The notes beneath the pieces are model-generated. The model saw only the letters and a list, made by a program, of their open reading frames with translations. It was not told the DNA's origin and ran no database searches. Position numbers and translations under genes: made by a program. DNA of 64,000 nucleotides, taken from assembly GCA_000002445.1 (NCBI GenBank), contig CH464492.1:160001-224000 (forward strand), given 5' to 3'. This document shows, in pieces, positions 26,400 to 39,874 of the stretch (position 1 is the first letter of the stretch; each line of letters begins with the position of its first letter). Source of the DNA: Trypanosoma brucei. Its lineage: Eukaryota.

Positions 26400-26560
26400 T
26401 GTGATATAATAATAATAAATAATAGGGGACTGTTGTGAGTGTGCATATACGAATATTATAATAAGAGCAGTAATGATAGTAATAATGATAATAATAATGA
26501 CAGTAATAATAATAATAATGATGATGATAATAATAATGATAGGAGTGAGTGAGAGCAAAA
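26400..26560 (+). repeat. 70-bp repeats, about 2 copies
   Basis: ataataataaataataggggactgttgtgagtgtgcatatacgaatattataataagagcag, then a second degenerate unit with a long (TAA/TGA)n tract. Confidence 0.8.
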
Positions 26561-28469
26561 GGAATATTATTAAAGTGAAGGCAGACAGAGAGAAACAAAT
26601 AGAGATGGAATATGCACGATTTCATGATTATCAAGCAGGTGGGAACCCTAGTCAAGCCTCGTAGACTCGTAGCGACAGCAGGTAAAATAACAGAATTGAA
26701 GGTGAGTCAAAAGAAATGCACAGCAAACTACACAACGATACGAGAGGATGTTGTGCTCCACATTTTACTGAAAGTGGATAGGCGCCAGTTTACGGATAAT
26801 AGTTACTCCTTTTTAATTTGACTTTTTATCCTAATATACAGCTGTAAAGAAGTATCGCGCCCAGAATATGGGGTAAGGGATTTTGTAAGTATGAAGTAAT
26901 GTCGAATTATTTTCATAAGATATAGAAATATTGGAAAATATTTGTGCGAAAGAATATAACACTATGGGGAGGGCAATTTAAAAGCTGGGATTACTAATGA
27001 ATTTTCGCCGAAAATAAAGGAGAATAAAGACGAGGAAACCGCTTAAGTAGCGCTTACATAATGTAATGGCATAACTCTATGAAGTGGAGAGAATCAATGA
27101 TGATACTCCTCCAATTCGGTATTGGTATACTGGTCAGACATTAATAATTTTCAGGAGACGGTAAATACACATTAGAATACACACTGATGCGGCGTTAGTG
27201 CAGCGTGTCATGAAACTTTAAAACAAATGAGTTTACTAGTGACTGTAAATTACGATAAAAAGAAGACAAAGATCACTATTTAACTAGTATAAATGTGACA
27301 AGTACTAAAGAGCGTGTTTACTGGCAAAGCAACAGCATTATTTTGTCACTGCGTGTAAACAGCAACAAAACTTGAAGCGCTCCGAAAATATGCACCGGGA
27401 ATAAATGATAAGTGCTTTAGGTGTAGATATAGATCGATATAGAGTAGAATTAAAAGTAGAAACTAGTGGTTAAACAAAATTTACCTTTAAAATCTTTCAT
27501 AATTTCTATGAGTCTCCGTGGAGAAAAAACCTTGTCACAAGTTGAAAAAATGACAAAAAACAATGATTTCTAGTGATAAGTGACATATTCAAATGATTTT
27601 TAGACTGTAAGAATGGAAATCAAAATTGCGCACTTGAAAAAACAAACACGCAGTTTGGAATCATATTACACAAGAAGGTTATTAAGGGGACAATGGGGGA
27701 GAGACGGAGACCATGTGCAGGCCAGATAAAGATACTGCAGTATCAAAAGAAGTCAACAGATATACCGGCAAACAAGGAGGGCAAATACGGAGTGAAACAA
27801 GACAGTGCGTCAAATAGAGGCCATAGGGGCAGATGATACGTAGAGAATTGGTGCACTTTTTTTTATTTACACAGAAACGGATAAATGCAGTAGTGGAGAA
27901 GAGTGCACCAACTGTATTTTCTTCATATTATGGCTTCTCCACGTGTTAAGTGTTAAGGCAAACAAACGCCAATTGATCGAAGGAATGTGTGGTTTGAATT
28001 TTATCAGGGACGTACAGAGAATAGAGGAGAACTAATAGAATTTCGGACCGAAATAGACTGGAATTTCGGAAGTGTGCTTAGGTTGATCTTAGAAGTTAAA
28101 AGCAGAGCATCTGAGGAGGGGTAATGTTCTCACTAACTGCAACCGAAGCACCGCAGAAGGTGGCAATACACTCCGATCTAATAAAACACTCTCTAAACTA
28201 ACCATAATCAGCAGCAGCAGCAGAGAAATAGAAAAGGCGACGAGCGGTCTCGTATAAAAACAAGACAACCAGTGCAAAACATTACTAACAAAAACCAAAG
28301 TTAAAAAATGCAAATGCTTAGGTTTGCACATTCGACAAAGCGGCAACTACAATATAAGCAATATTTTATCATGGTGGCGATATCTCCAAGGCTTGCAATA
28401 CTGGCTTTCCGGATCCTGTACAGTCATCTGCAGCTATAAACTTGACACTAAAGGAAAAGTACCCTAGAA

Positions 28470-29975
28470 ATGACAGAAAGCAGCCAACAAAGAAGGTCGA
28501 CCTTTAACAGGTATATCGCAGCAGCCGTAGCAATACTACTGCCAATACTGCCACAACAAGCGATACAACAACTTCCACCGGCAGTGCTAGCCGACGTAAA
28601 TACAGTATGCAGGGAGGCAACGTACTTTACAGTTGCTTCCAACCAATACGTACAAAAGCTACAACAACTGAGCTCTGACCTTACGAGCAGTCAGATCCAA
28701 ACAAAAGTGTGGCAGCTCGCTGCGGCGAAAGCGGCGGCCGTCGACAAAAAAGCGTTTTACACGTCGTTAATCGCCTACGACAACAAACGGCGCAGGGAAG
28801 CGGCAATAACGGCGACCGCAGCCATACAAGCGGTGACAAGAGCACTAGCAGCGGTCGCAAGGCAGGCCGGCTACTTAAACGGCAGAGAGCACGCAGCGGA
28901 CCTGTTAGCAGGGGCGGCGCTAGCGGGCGACCCTACACACTCGGGAACCAGATGCACACATGCCATCACACAAACTCCAACAACGTTCTCGACGTGCACA
29001 GACGGTTCGCTGGAGGCCGCAGGGTTTACAAACACCGACCTTGACATCTTCAGAACAACCCACGTCAAGATTTCCAAGCACTCAGACTTAAAAACGTTAA
29101 CAAGCACCAGCAATGTAATAGCGACGACCACCGGAACAACCTTCACCGGAGCATCGGCAGGGAAATGCCAAGACAGCTCAGAAAGCGGCATAACCGATGT
29201 ACAACTTTCACTAAAACTAACCAAAGAAGCAAGCCTCTCAACAGCAGCGTCCAAGCTAAAAAATCATGGGACGGCCAGGGACAGCTGCCGGCAGAAACCA
29301 GAACAACAACAAGTCGAGGCCAATGAGGACAAATTAGAAAGGCTCATATGCGAAGCGCAACAGGCAGTGGCAAAAGCAAAACTAGATATAACCGGATTAG
29401 ACGTGGCAGCACTACAAGCCGACGAAGTAATGCTAGAAGCCACAAACAACTTGGCGATGGGCAACGAACGTGTAGGAGACCCGACAAAAAGAGAAGGAAA
29501 AGAAGCTGTAGCCAAGAAAATAGCAGCTCTTGCTGGCGATCCAACAAACTTTTATGCAACCTTCGTCAGCGAGCTTAACAAACAAAAAGTAACATTCAAA
29601 AAAGCAGGCAAGACAACTGAAAAGTCGCTAGAGGATATAGCAAAGAGCGACGATTTCGGTATAGCAGTCAGTTACTTTGAAGGACAAAGTATGTTAGCGA
29701 TAGCCGATGCAGCCACAAAGACATGCAAACCACAACTCACTGAAACAGAAGCAACTTGCGCAGCCAGAGGAGCAGGAGATGATTGCAAATCCCCATGCAA
29801 ATTGGTTGAAGAAGAAGGTGGCAAAAAGAAGTGCACATTGGATGCAAAAGCAGCTAAAAAACAAGCACAAAACCAAGAAACGGAAGACAAAGATGACAAA
29901 ACAACAAGCACCACAGGAAGCAATTCGTTTCTTATTACCAAGGCCCCTCTTTTGCTTGCATATTTGATTCTATGA
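28470..29975 (+). CDS. VSG, apparently intact (501 aa)
   Basis: ATG 28470; uninterrupted ORF; hydrophobic signal AAAVAILLPILP; C-terminal domain with the cysteine pattern CKPQLTETEATCAARGAGDDCKSPCKLVEEEGGKKKC and GPI tail GSNSFLITKAPLLLAYLIL*; 16-mer variant tgatatattttaacat at 30062-30077. Confidence 0.85.
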   Translation: MTESSQQRRSTFNRYIAAAVAILLPILPQQAIQQLPPAVLADVNTVCREATYFTVASNQYVQKLQQLSSDLTSSQIQTKVWQLAAAKAAAVDKKAFYTSLIAYDNKRRREAAITATAAIQAVTRALAAVARQAGYLNGREHAADLLAGAALAGDPTHSGTRCTHAITQTPTTFSTCTDGSLEAAGFTNTDLDIFRTTHVKISKHSDLKTLTSTSNVIATTTGTTFTGASAGKCQDSSESGITDVQLSLKLTKEASLSTAASKLKNHGTARDSCRQKPEQQQVEANEDKLERLICEAQQAVAKAKLDITGLDVAALQADEVMLEATNNLAMGNERVGDPTKREGKEAVAKKIAALAGDPTNFYATFVSELNKQKVTFKKAGKTTEKSLEDIAKSDDFGIAVSYFEGQSMLAIADAATKTCKPQLTETEATCAARGAGDDCKSPCKLVEEEGGKKKCTLDAKAAKKQAQNQETEDKDDKTTSTTGSNSFLITKAPLLLAYLIL

Positions 29976-30227
29976 TGAAATTTCTAAAAGATTTTTAATA
30001 TATTTAATGAAAGTAAAGAATGTTTTCCTTGTTAAGAGAATTTGTTAAATTTGCTGAAATTTGATATATTTTAACATTTTTCGATAAAGAAGTGCAAATT
30101 GTTTAAAAATAAATCTAATATACGAAATTGTCTATGAAAGTGGACTATGAGTGTAATATGGTAGAGTGATATGGTTAAAAAGATAGTGCCATCATGAAAG
30201 GTTTCCTATTTTGTTTATTTTATGGAT

Positions 30228-30290
30228 TGTAATAAAGGCAGCAGGGTATTGTAGGTGTATATATACTGATATTATAATAAAAGAAACTCT
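30228..30290 (+). repeat. 70-bp repeat, degenerate
   Basis: gtaataaaggcagcagggtattgtaggtgtatatatactgatattataataaaag. Confidence 0.6.
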
Positions 30291-32591
30291 GGTAACCAAA
30301 TAAGTAGACAAATGAAATCACTTAAAACAATAGAAAGATGTGTAAAAAAGTGAATGGGAGTAAGAAAGAAGGATAAAGGGTATACCGAGTATTATTAAAG
30401 GAATGAACAAGAAGGATATGGAAGTTGAACAGTTTTAAACACGAACATGGCAATTGCTATATTTATGCCTGACAATATGATAAAGGAAACAATGATTTAA
30501 GGACAGAACACAGTGTACATGTTGAATGGGATCGCTGAGTCATCCACCAAAGCAGCGGAAACCCCGAAGAAGGGGAAACAATACGTAACAAAATAATAGA
30601 ATACGCGATTGCACAGTAGAGAAGAAAATAATACAAGAGGAGGAGGAGATAGTGCTTCTCATTATAATTACAAATTTATGGATGTGGCTGCAGAGATGAC
30701 GTTGTCATATGTGGTTTTTAATATGATAGCAAATCCTGATTTGCTGTTGTGAAGTAGAAGAAGCATAACTAGAAAAAAAAAGAGATCTGTAAGTGTAATG
30801 TAATATTGAAGTCTTTCACCCTCAAATATAGTAATAATAAACAACATTTAAAAAAATAATATCATTTTGTAGGGAAGAAAATATAAAAACTTGTACTATT
30901 ATGGGTTAAAGCAAAGAAACAGAATAATAAAAAGGTTGAAATTATGTAAAATATCACATAGATAAACCGGTAAAAATTTTATATAAAGTACAAAAAATTT
31001 AGTGATGGTACAGCCCCGACTTCATAGTTGTATACAAGCGTTTAATTGGTATGGCTTGAAAACTGTATCATTCACACAAGGATAAGACAAAATGAAACCT
31101 TGCTGACACATGTCAGACATGTTAAAAAAAGAATTCAGTTCACACCAAAATTACAAAGTATTAACCGAAAGTAGCCTAAAAACCAAGAGTATAAAGGAAA
31201 AATGAAAGAAAAGCCACAATCGCGAAAAACCTCTTCCTGGTTGTTCCGCCAGTATATAATGGATAATTTCTGTGAAACAGAAATGCTACTTGAGAATAAG
31301 ATTTAAATTTGTAAATATAGAAATATGTTTGTTGTTTTAAAGGCTAAAAGAAATCAATTAGGAGCTGAACGTAGGTACAATAATAAATATAGAAAGGTAT
31401 ATTTTCGATTTAAAAGTAAAAAAATGTCTAAAAATGAAGTTTAGCCTGTGGTGGTGACCATGGCTTTATATGGTGAAATCAACATTTTTAAAGTTCAACA
31501 TTTGAAAAACACACTTATTTAGAGAGATAATTTACACATTTTAATTAGTAAGCCATTTATCTTCATTAATATGAAATTAATTGATATACCGTTATTTTTA
31601 ATTTTGTTGGCAGTCAAAAATACATTTTTTCATAATTAAATCAATAAAATTCAAAACATCTATATTTAAAAATTAGTAAAAAATATGATAGTCCAAAATA
31701 ACTCAATAGATGCTTAAATTATTTCTATTTACAACTTTTGGAACCTCATTATCCAGTTTTGAATTACATCGTTAATTTCTCTAAAAACGAAATTTAGTGC
31801 ATGATGGAACCTCCTACTTTATGGTCTTCTATAGTGACTTCGCCACTTGAAGAGCCACAATGTGGTTTAAAATCGGCTTTTAACCGTTGCATTGCTGTTT
31901 GTGTGCAAAATCACAAATAATTGTAATGTTTTTTCTTTTAAAAATAAGCGTAGTGGTGGCTGGACATCTTCTTTAGATGCTGCAATAATGCAGTGGCATC
32001 TAACTAGCCGGATAAATAGTATCGTTGAGTAACTAATTTCACCAAATCCGTTGAAGTCATAGCTTTACGCCTGCGTATCTATGGTCAGAACCGAAATTTC
32101 TGAAGCGATTGTAGTCATTTTTTAGTACGAATAGCAGAAATATCCTTGTGAAAAGCTAACTAACATAACAACCTGGAGAAATAGACGGCTTTATGCGTGT
32201 ATACCTCAACTGAGGCAAGAATAGTGCATAAAAGCAGCGAAAATGTGTTTGTTATTTATATCTAAGCAAAATAACGTTGCGGAAGCAGTAAAAAATAAAA
32301 GAACTAATATAAAACACACTAAGAGCGAATGCAGGAAAAAAGAAGCCCCGACCATTAGCGTCTTTCTAACGTGTAGAAAGCAAACAGCAGAGAAGCCGAT
32401 AAGAAGGAACAGCACTTTGAGATAAAAGTTTAAACCTTCTGAAATAACTATAGGGTAGCTGCAACACAAACTAACACGGCTATTTTCGCTAACAAAGTAG
32501 CCTAAATCAATACACAACTTGGTGAATTTACAAAACTTCTCAAGAAGAATTCTTGTTTCACTTCTTCGGCAAAATATCAGAGGGTCATTGC

Positions 32592-34142
32592 ATGCTTTTT
32601 AAAGTAACTCTCACGATTATTGCGGCCACCTGCAAAGGCAATGCGGCTTTCACGGTGACGAACCGAAACGACTTGCCGTTGCTTTATAGTGTCGCAAATT
32701 TGAGAGGCCGCCAGGTGGCAAAACTAAACTTATAAGCTGACTTTGCAAATGATATCAGCGAGCTGGAGAAAATGAACATGTCAGTAGCAGACCCGTTGTG
32801 GCAAGCAAATTTCGCTGGGAACCCAGATACAGACAGCAACGAAAAGAAACACAAAGGCGGTACACAAGAACCATTCAAAACTCACTGGAAGACAAGCTAC
32901 GACAAACGGCTTAGTATCAAGTACAGCACAGCACAGGGACACGGACCAGCACAATGGATAAGCAACAATCCACCACCAACAGGCTGGGCGGCCAAACAAG
33001 CCGCAACAAAAATCAAAGTGACACTGAATGAGCTGGCCACGGTTATCGGCCAATACACAGATGCCAAAGAAGCAACTACGGTATCGCTACCAAAAACGTC
33101 GAAGGAACAAATTTCAGAGGCCATCTATGGACAGGGAGCAACAAACAATAAGTTCGCTGCAGAAAAGGCAGTAGCGGCAGACAGGAATTGGGCAAATAGC
33201 TGCGCATCAAACGGGGGAAAGTCTTTGATAGGAGACATGCTATGCATCTGCGGGAATCGCGGCGCCAACGCTGCGCCAGACTGCGAAAACAACGGCTTAG
33301 CCGTAAAATGGAGCGCCGGCATCGACGAGTCAAGCGGAAACGCCGTGCTTGCAGTGTGTCCGAAAGCGCCAGATGGGCCAGTGACTATAGATGAGCTAAC
33401 AGCAACACTAAACAGAGTGGAAACGGGGATACGGCATATAGCACAGGGAACAAACCTTGTACTTTACCTAGGGACGACAAGTGCCGGAACTTGTGACGGC
33501 AACAGCAGCCGAGCCTGTGTCATCTACACAAAACACTTTGACAAAGGCAGGAGAAAAGGCGTTGTAGACATACCGTGGGGGAAGAAGCTCGCGGAAGCCC
33601 GACAGACGCTCCAGTCAATAGCCAAACAACAAAAAACAGCCGAAGCCAGGGTAGCAGAAGCCAATCAGCTAATCTACGATGCTAAGTCAGCATTTTCACA
33701 CTCACTAACGGCTCCGGCCTCAAGCGTAAAAAGGCCGCAAGATGACAGCAAAGACACGAAACAAAAAGACGAAGAAGAAAAGCAGAAAAAATTGTGTGAA
33801 AAAATAAAGGACAAAGAGAAGTGCAAGGAAATTTGCAAATGGACCAGCGACACAGAGGAAACAGGAAACCGCTGTGGAGTAGATGAAAGTAAGGTTAACA
33901 CTCATAAAAACGCAGCAGGAAAAGGAGATGGAGCAGCAGGAACCGAAACAACAACAGAGAAAAGCAAAGGGAATCATCAAGGGAAGTGCAAATCCCCGGA
34001 TTGTAAGTGTAAAAGAAAAGAGTATGAAGATTCAAGTTCTCTTGTCAATAATAAATTGGCTTTGATTGCTTTTGCTTTTTTGAGCTTAGTATATTTGATT
34101 ATTCTAAGGACTTTTCTGAAATTTATAAAATTCTTTTTATAA
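32592..34142 (+). pseudogene. VSG with an in-frame TAA (32733-32735) and a read-through C-terminal tail
   Basis: ATG 32592 (MLFKVTLTIIAATCKGNAAF signal) in the same frame as ORF 32772-34142; CKSPDCKC (W>C); tail SSSLVNNKLALIAFAFLSLVYLIIL then reads on RTFLKFIKFFL* because the natural TAA is shifted out of frame. Confidence 0.8.
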
Positions 34143-34344
34143 ATTTTTCTTACATTAATAATATTTGATATATTTTAGCAGTATTTGATGAAAATGTGAA
34201 AATTGTATATATTTTTAAAATTTTTAAAATATGATAAATTAGTATCATAGCGTTCTAAATTTTAAAGTATTGGGATTAAGGGAACGAAATGTTAGTGCCA
34301 TTGTAATTTAGTAAAATATTTTTTGTTTATTTTCTTAATATTAT

Positions 34345-34440
34345 TTGTTATTATAATTATAATAATATTAATGATAATCATAATGATAGGGGTGTGTTGT
34401 GACTGTATATATACGAATATTTTAGTATAAGTAGTAGTGA
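34345..34440 (+). repeat. 70-bp repeat
   Basis: ataataatattaatgataatcataatgataggggtgtgttgtgactgtatatatacgaatattttagtataag. Confidence 0.75.
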
Positions 34441-35902
34441 ATACTGAGTGCAAGTCAAAAAACACAAAATATGGCAAAAGTGCTATGTAAGGAACCTAGT
34501 GAGTGAGTAAAAAAGATAAGATAGATAATATTAAATGAGACACAGAAAGAAAAAGGGAAGAGGAGATAAGATATGCGCATTTTCTAACATAAAAATGATT
34601 ATGAGTATCATTATGCACAAGGAGGTCACAGAGGGATGTCTAATGAGAGGCAGAGTGCAGTGTGCACAATAAGTGGGGTAGGCACAACTAACACAGAGAT
34701 TTAGTATAAGTCAAAGTCTTTTTGACCACCTATTGTCGGTACACTCTTAATAACACCTTGAAAATTGCATTATTTCCACTTAGAATACTATTATAGATAC
34801 ACGGAAATGTATCGTGGAGAAAAAAGATGGTTAAAGACATACAGTTCGCCTAGGAGTGCATACTACAGAGGAAGTAACAATAGTAATGTAGCTCAAGCCA
34901 AGTAAGCAGCTGATGATTGCACCTAACCTTGGGGAAAGTTCTAAAATCAGTAGAAAATTAGGTAGACTAGCAATGAACTATAGAATGCACAATAAAAGAC
35001 AAGTAAATCGGCAAAAAGTTTTACCCATCAAAAGATAATGTGTAAAAACTTGGCCTTAACAACCTATACACTCTATTGAGTGAATTATATTATTAGTTAG
35101 GATCAGGAATTACTTTGTTTTCTTGATTTAAACATGTACTAATAGGAAAAGTGGGCTTGAATAAAAAGTTTAGTATAGAAGTGATTTTCCTTACAAGAGG
35201 GTGACCATATGTATCATGGCCTACAGATCCTGAAAAATGCGGCCCATTTCTAGTCTCTATTTGTCCCATACAGAAAACTGTGTTTCAAAGCTTACAAATA
35301 GGTATCAACACAACTCAATAGAGGTGTAGGAGCTGTCGCTGTCGGCCTTTAAAGTTTGAAACCATTTTCAAAGATTTATGAAATTTTTCCGTTACACAAG
35401 CGGTCGGCGCAGCTCAAGAGCAAGTCGGAAGAACAGAGAAGAATATGTTTAGCAAGAATACTACTAGGCAGTGCCTGCAGACAAATTTTCGGCCAACGGC
35501 GATCCGCAATCAGCTGAAAATGTAAGGTAAACACGTTTACTGCAAAGCTTTTCACAGCCGCAGGGTATATAGCAGCAGGGCTTGTGTATACGGAGAGACT
35601 GCTTAAAGGCTATTTATTGTCCCACCCACAATCCAAAAAAAGACAAAGAACGCAGCGCACCGATTTTCAAGCCGCGGGCCCTAAGCCATGCACAGCCATT
35701 CAAACTGCGCTAACGTCACGAAGAGACAAGAAAAACTTCCGATTTTTTTCGACGTGGAGCAACAATCTAAAATACCCCCGGTGTCAATGTATTGCATACC
35801 AGCAACAAGACGCAGCCCAGGACACAAAACATCAATCTCTATTGACAACACTCATGGATTTTTCAACCATGCCAATCACATAGAAAGACAAACAAGCAAG
35901 TG

Positions 35903-37429
35903 ATGTCAATAAGCCATGTCCTGTGGTCTACAGCGCTAATAGCGCTAACAAGTGTGAAAACAGCAGATGCCAACATCGACACAGGTGCCAACCGCCGGGA
36001 GTTCGGTGCCATGTGCAACGTGCTCCGGTGGACCTCAACAACATTCACCAACAAAGCAGACGACTGGGACGACGACAAGATTTACAATAGTATAGCTGAC
36101 ATCAACATGACCCTCGCAGAAAAAGAGTGGCGCGCGATGTTCCTTCAGGAAGGCCAAGCGGAGAAATGGCAGTTAAAGCTACCAACTAAGCACGCAGAAA
36201 ATGCCGCTTTCCAAAAAATGTGGGCACTCTGGGCATGCGCTGCCCAGAGAGTAGGATCGGAACGCGGTCTGACGGACAAATTGAAAAAGCTAAAAGCGAA
36301 CGAACTGACCGCAACAGATCTATCTTTGCGTAGGCAAAGAGTGCAACAAATAGCAGACAAAGCCCATGGCATATACTTCGAACTTAAAAAACTCAACAGG
36401 AAAAAACTAAAAGCAACACCGGCAACAATTAAAGCGAAGATATACACGGCGGTACTAGGCAAAGCGGATGCTGTACTAGGAACAGATCCGACGGACGACG
36501 ACTCAATAACGTCAGGCGGAACCTCGGCAGCGACCCGCAGCAACGGCTGTGGGAACAGCAATATAGCAAATCAGCCCGGCAAAAACTTGGGTACCGTGGC
36601 ACTATGCGTATGTGCAAAAGGGGCAAGCGGTACAGCAGTAGACGACGCGTGCTGGAGTGAGACGGCGGCCGAGGTGGCATACCCAACAGCGGCCAGCCAG
36701 GCGAAAACGAAGATACACGAGCTCATTAAAATGTGTGGGACAGCGGCGCACACAAAGCTGACGGCAGACGCAGTAGAAGCTTCCATCAAAGGCCTGACGA
36801 GCATCATGCACACGTCCAGCAGCGGAACCTATATTGGAGAATATCTCGCAACAGGCTGCAACGGAGAAGACAACGGCGTGGTCTGCTTCAAATATGGCAC
36901 TCTGACGACAACGACGAACAGCAACCTCATGACCATCCCGTGGCTGGCCGAGTTGCACCAGCTAAAGCAGGACCTCACAGGTGACGACAACCTGGAGAGA
37001 GCTGGCCAACCGCTAGTCCAACAACTTACTATCCTTGAAGCGGAGGTGAAAGAAATTACAGCAGGTGAGCTCCTGATGAGGCAAGACAGTTTATTCGTAA
37101 ATCAACCAACTCACCCGGCGTCACCAGAAAAAGTAGCTACAGTCGGCGAAGTGTGTAGCAAACACAACGGCAGCAATACAACTTGTCCTCGAGACAAACG
37201 CACGTACGATGAAAAAGAGAATAAATGCAATCCAATAAAACAAGTAGAGGGAGTAACGGCAGAAGGAACAGGAGAGAAAACAACAACAGAGAAATGCAGA
37301 GGGAAATTGGAGAAAGATTGCAAATCTCCGGACTGCAAATGGGAGGAAACAGTATGCAAGGATTCCAGTTTCCTCGTAAACAAGAAATTGGCTCTGATTT
37401 CTACTAATTTTGTGGATTTGATGTTTTAG
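35903..37429 (+). CDS. VSG, apparently intact (508 aa)
   Basis: ATG 35903 (the ORF-track start at 35900 is GTG); signal MSISHVLWSTALIALTSVKTADA; uninterrupted ORF; C-terminus KCRGKLEKDCKSPDCKWEETVCKDSSFLVNKKLALISTNFVDLMF*. Confidence 0.85.
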   Translation: MSISHVLWSTALIALTSVKTADANIDTGANRREFGAMCNVLRWTSTTFTNKADDWDDDKIYNSIADINMTLAEKEWRAMFLQEGQAEKWQLKLPTKHAENAAFQKMWALWACAAQRVGSERGLTDKLKKLKANELTATDLSLRRQRVQQIADKAHGIYFELKKLNRKKLKATPATIKAKIYTAVLGKADAVLGTDPTDDDSITSGGTSAATRSNGCGNSNIANQPGKNLGTVALCVCAKGASGTAVDDACWSETAAEVAYPTAASQAKTKIHELIKMCGTAAHTKLTADAVEASIKGLTSIMHTSSSGTYIGEYLATGCNGEDNGVVCFKYGTLTTTTNSNLMTIPWLAELHQLKQDLTGDDNLERAGQPLVQQLTILEAEVKEITAGELLMRQDSLFVNQPTHPASPEKVATVGEVCSKHNGSNTTCPRDKRTYDEKENKCNPIKQVEGVTAEGTGEKTTTEKCRGKLEKDCKSPDCKWEETVCKDSSFLVNKKLALISTNFVDLMF

Positions 37430-37614
37430 GAATATTTGTTTAATCGTATAGTATTTATGAAAATTTAATATTTTGAAAGAATATGCTAAATGTTTCTAAT
37501 AGATTATATATATTAACACTATTTAATGAAAATTGCAAATTAGCAAAACTGTTGAAATTTTGAAGAAATATGCCAATTTTTGTATTCTTTTTATTTTGTG
37601 AATATTAGTTAGGG

Positions 37615-37725
37615 TTATAGCAGGAAGGATAGTAATAGTAAGGATAACAGTAATATCACTGATGATGGTAACAGTGTGTTGTGAGTGTGTATACACTAAC
37701 AGTATAATAAGAGTGGTTGTCAACC
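37615..37725 (+). repeat. 70-bp repeat
   Basis: gtaatatcactgatgatggtaacagtgtgttgtgagtgtgtatacactaacagtataataagagtgg. Confidence 0.75.
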
Positions 37726-39874
37726 TAAAATAGTAGATGAAATAAAAGTACTCACAACAATTGCAAGGTGCAGTAGAAGTGATACAGAGAATAAGAGAGA
37801 ACGAGGAATATTATTAAAGATAACACTGAAAGATAAATGGAAAGAGTGGGAATGTGCGCAATATCAAGCAAGAGAATTCACTGAATGCAGAATCATCCGC
37901 AAGGAGGTAACTGATTGGATAATGAGGAAACAAAGAGTGCAGTGCATATGTCAAATAGATTTGTTACAGATAACACAAAGAAGCAGTGGAATTGTAGCGC
38001 ACCAAAAGGCATCATTTCAGCATGCTGTTAAGAACACTTTAAAGAATGCTACTTTCTAGTAAAATTACTATTATGGATACGCAGGAATATGTAGTGGCGA
38101 ATTTAGTCGACAAAGAGTGTCATATATGTCGAAAATTGCTCTTCTTACACAAATTAGTATATCGGACTAAGGTGAGAAAAAAAGCAACTTATGATCGCAC
38201 GGACTCTTATATAAAACGGCCAAATCAGCGCAAAATTGAGAAAGAGTATCAAGAGGAACACGCAAAAAAGGCAGTAATAAAAATGCTACTGTAACGCAAA
38301 GTGGTTTAGAACAACTGTGCGTTAACAATAATTACAGTCAGGAAAATTAGAAAAGTTATTGAATAGAAATAAACTCTTCCTTTTTTGTGATCAAGCACGT
38401 TGAAGTCTAAAATTTTGCTTGTATATCAGACTTAGAGAATTGGATCACGGTTTATCTAGGAGAAAAAACGTGAATGCAACGTTGTGACACTAAACAAGTA
38501 ACTGCATTCATTTCCCTTACGCATCTGTCCTATTTACAGCCGCCTGTATCTTTGAATTGAGGGCCAGAAAGAAATAACACAGAAGTAAAATATAACTCTC
38601 TTATGCGGTTAAATTGTATTTCAAAGCAACTCGCCGGATTAAAAGAGTTTCAACTGCGAAATCTGAATCAACACCGGGGAAAAAACTGCTGCGGTTAAGC
38701 GAGAAAGACGTACGCTCAGCAATGTTCGAGGAAGCTTTAAAAAAGAGGTTAGGAGTTGGTATAGCTCAAGACCTCAGCACAAAACAGCAATTGATAACGA
38801 TGCTGGCGTGTAATCTAGTCATCGTCATAGAGAGGTTGGTGAAACCCACTGCCAAGATAGTAAGTGAACTTGAATGTGGCGACATGCGCCCATAACTTGT
38901 TGGTGAGAAGTCGCTGCAGCTTAGCTGTTAACAGCGTGGACAAGAAATGGGGTTTTCAGGGGCATTACTGCCACTTAGAAAGAAAAAGTTCACCACAAAG
39001 AAGAGGAAAACAAGTAAAGAAAGAGCATTTATAAATTCTAACAGTCTTTTACTGTTTTCAAAAAAGTATAAAAAGTAGAAGAAACACGCCGTAGAAAACT
39101 AAAGCACAAGATTGCGATCAGACAGACATATAATTTTAATAAACTGCAACAAGTTATAGTTTGCTTATAAGTCGACACAAAAGAGAAGGAAAACCTAAGA
39201 CACATTCAAGGATGTACAAAAAGTGCACTGCAGAAAGTCTCTGCAACGCAGCGGCAACACAAACATATAATATTCGTGTGGAAAACAGCCACCAAAAAAC
39301 AATTGAATAGTAATACAAACAACGCGTTCCGTAATCGACCCTCCTCAAAGCAGTAACCAAGTTGTATTTTATATACCTTACATTACCAAACGCACTCAAC
39401 GCCAACGAGCAGTAACCAAAATGTGGTGTAGCTGCCGAAATGACTCAGTGCACACGGGAAATAGAAAATGACCTTGTGAATAAATTAACAACGAAAACCA
39501 GAAACAAACTAGCTAAACTGCTCCTGAGGATACACACATAAATAAATCCGCGTAAAAACGCGCGAAACTCATACCTCTAATAGCGATCATCGCTCACTGC
39601 GTGTAGGAACACAAACAGAGCCGGGCAGGACTACCTAAACTCAACGATACAACACGCACTGTCCAGAGTAACCACTCTAAAAAATCCGAAGGTCAACACA
39701 GTGTGACGAAGACAGAAACGGTAGAACGGAGCAACTCATGCTAACCTTACATCAACAACCTAAAATATTAAGCTTCAAAAACAAACATAACAGTACCTGA
39801 CCAAAGTTCTCAAATAATAGTACCCGGTAACCCCACAAATAAACGTTACAACAAAGGCAAGAAAATTCAAGGAC

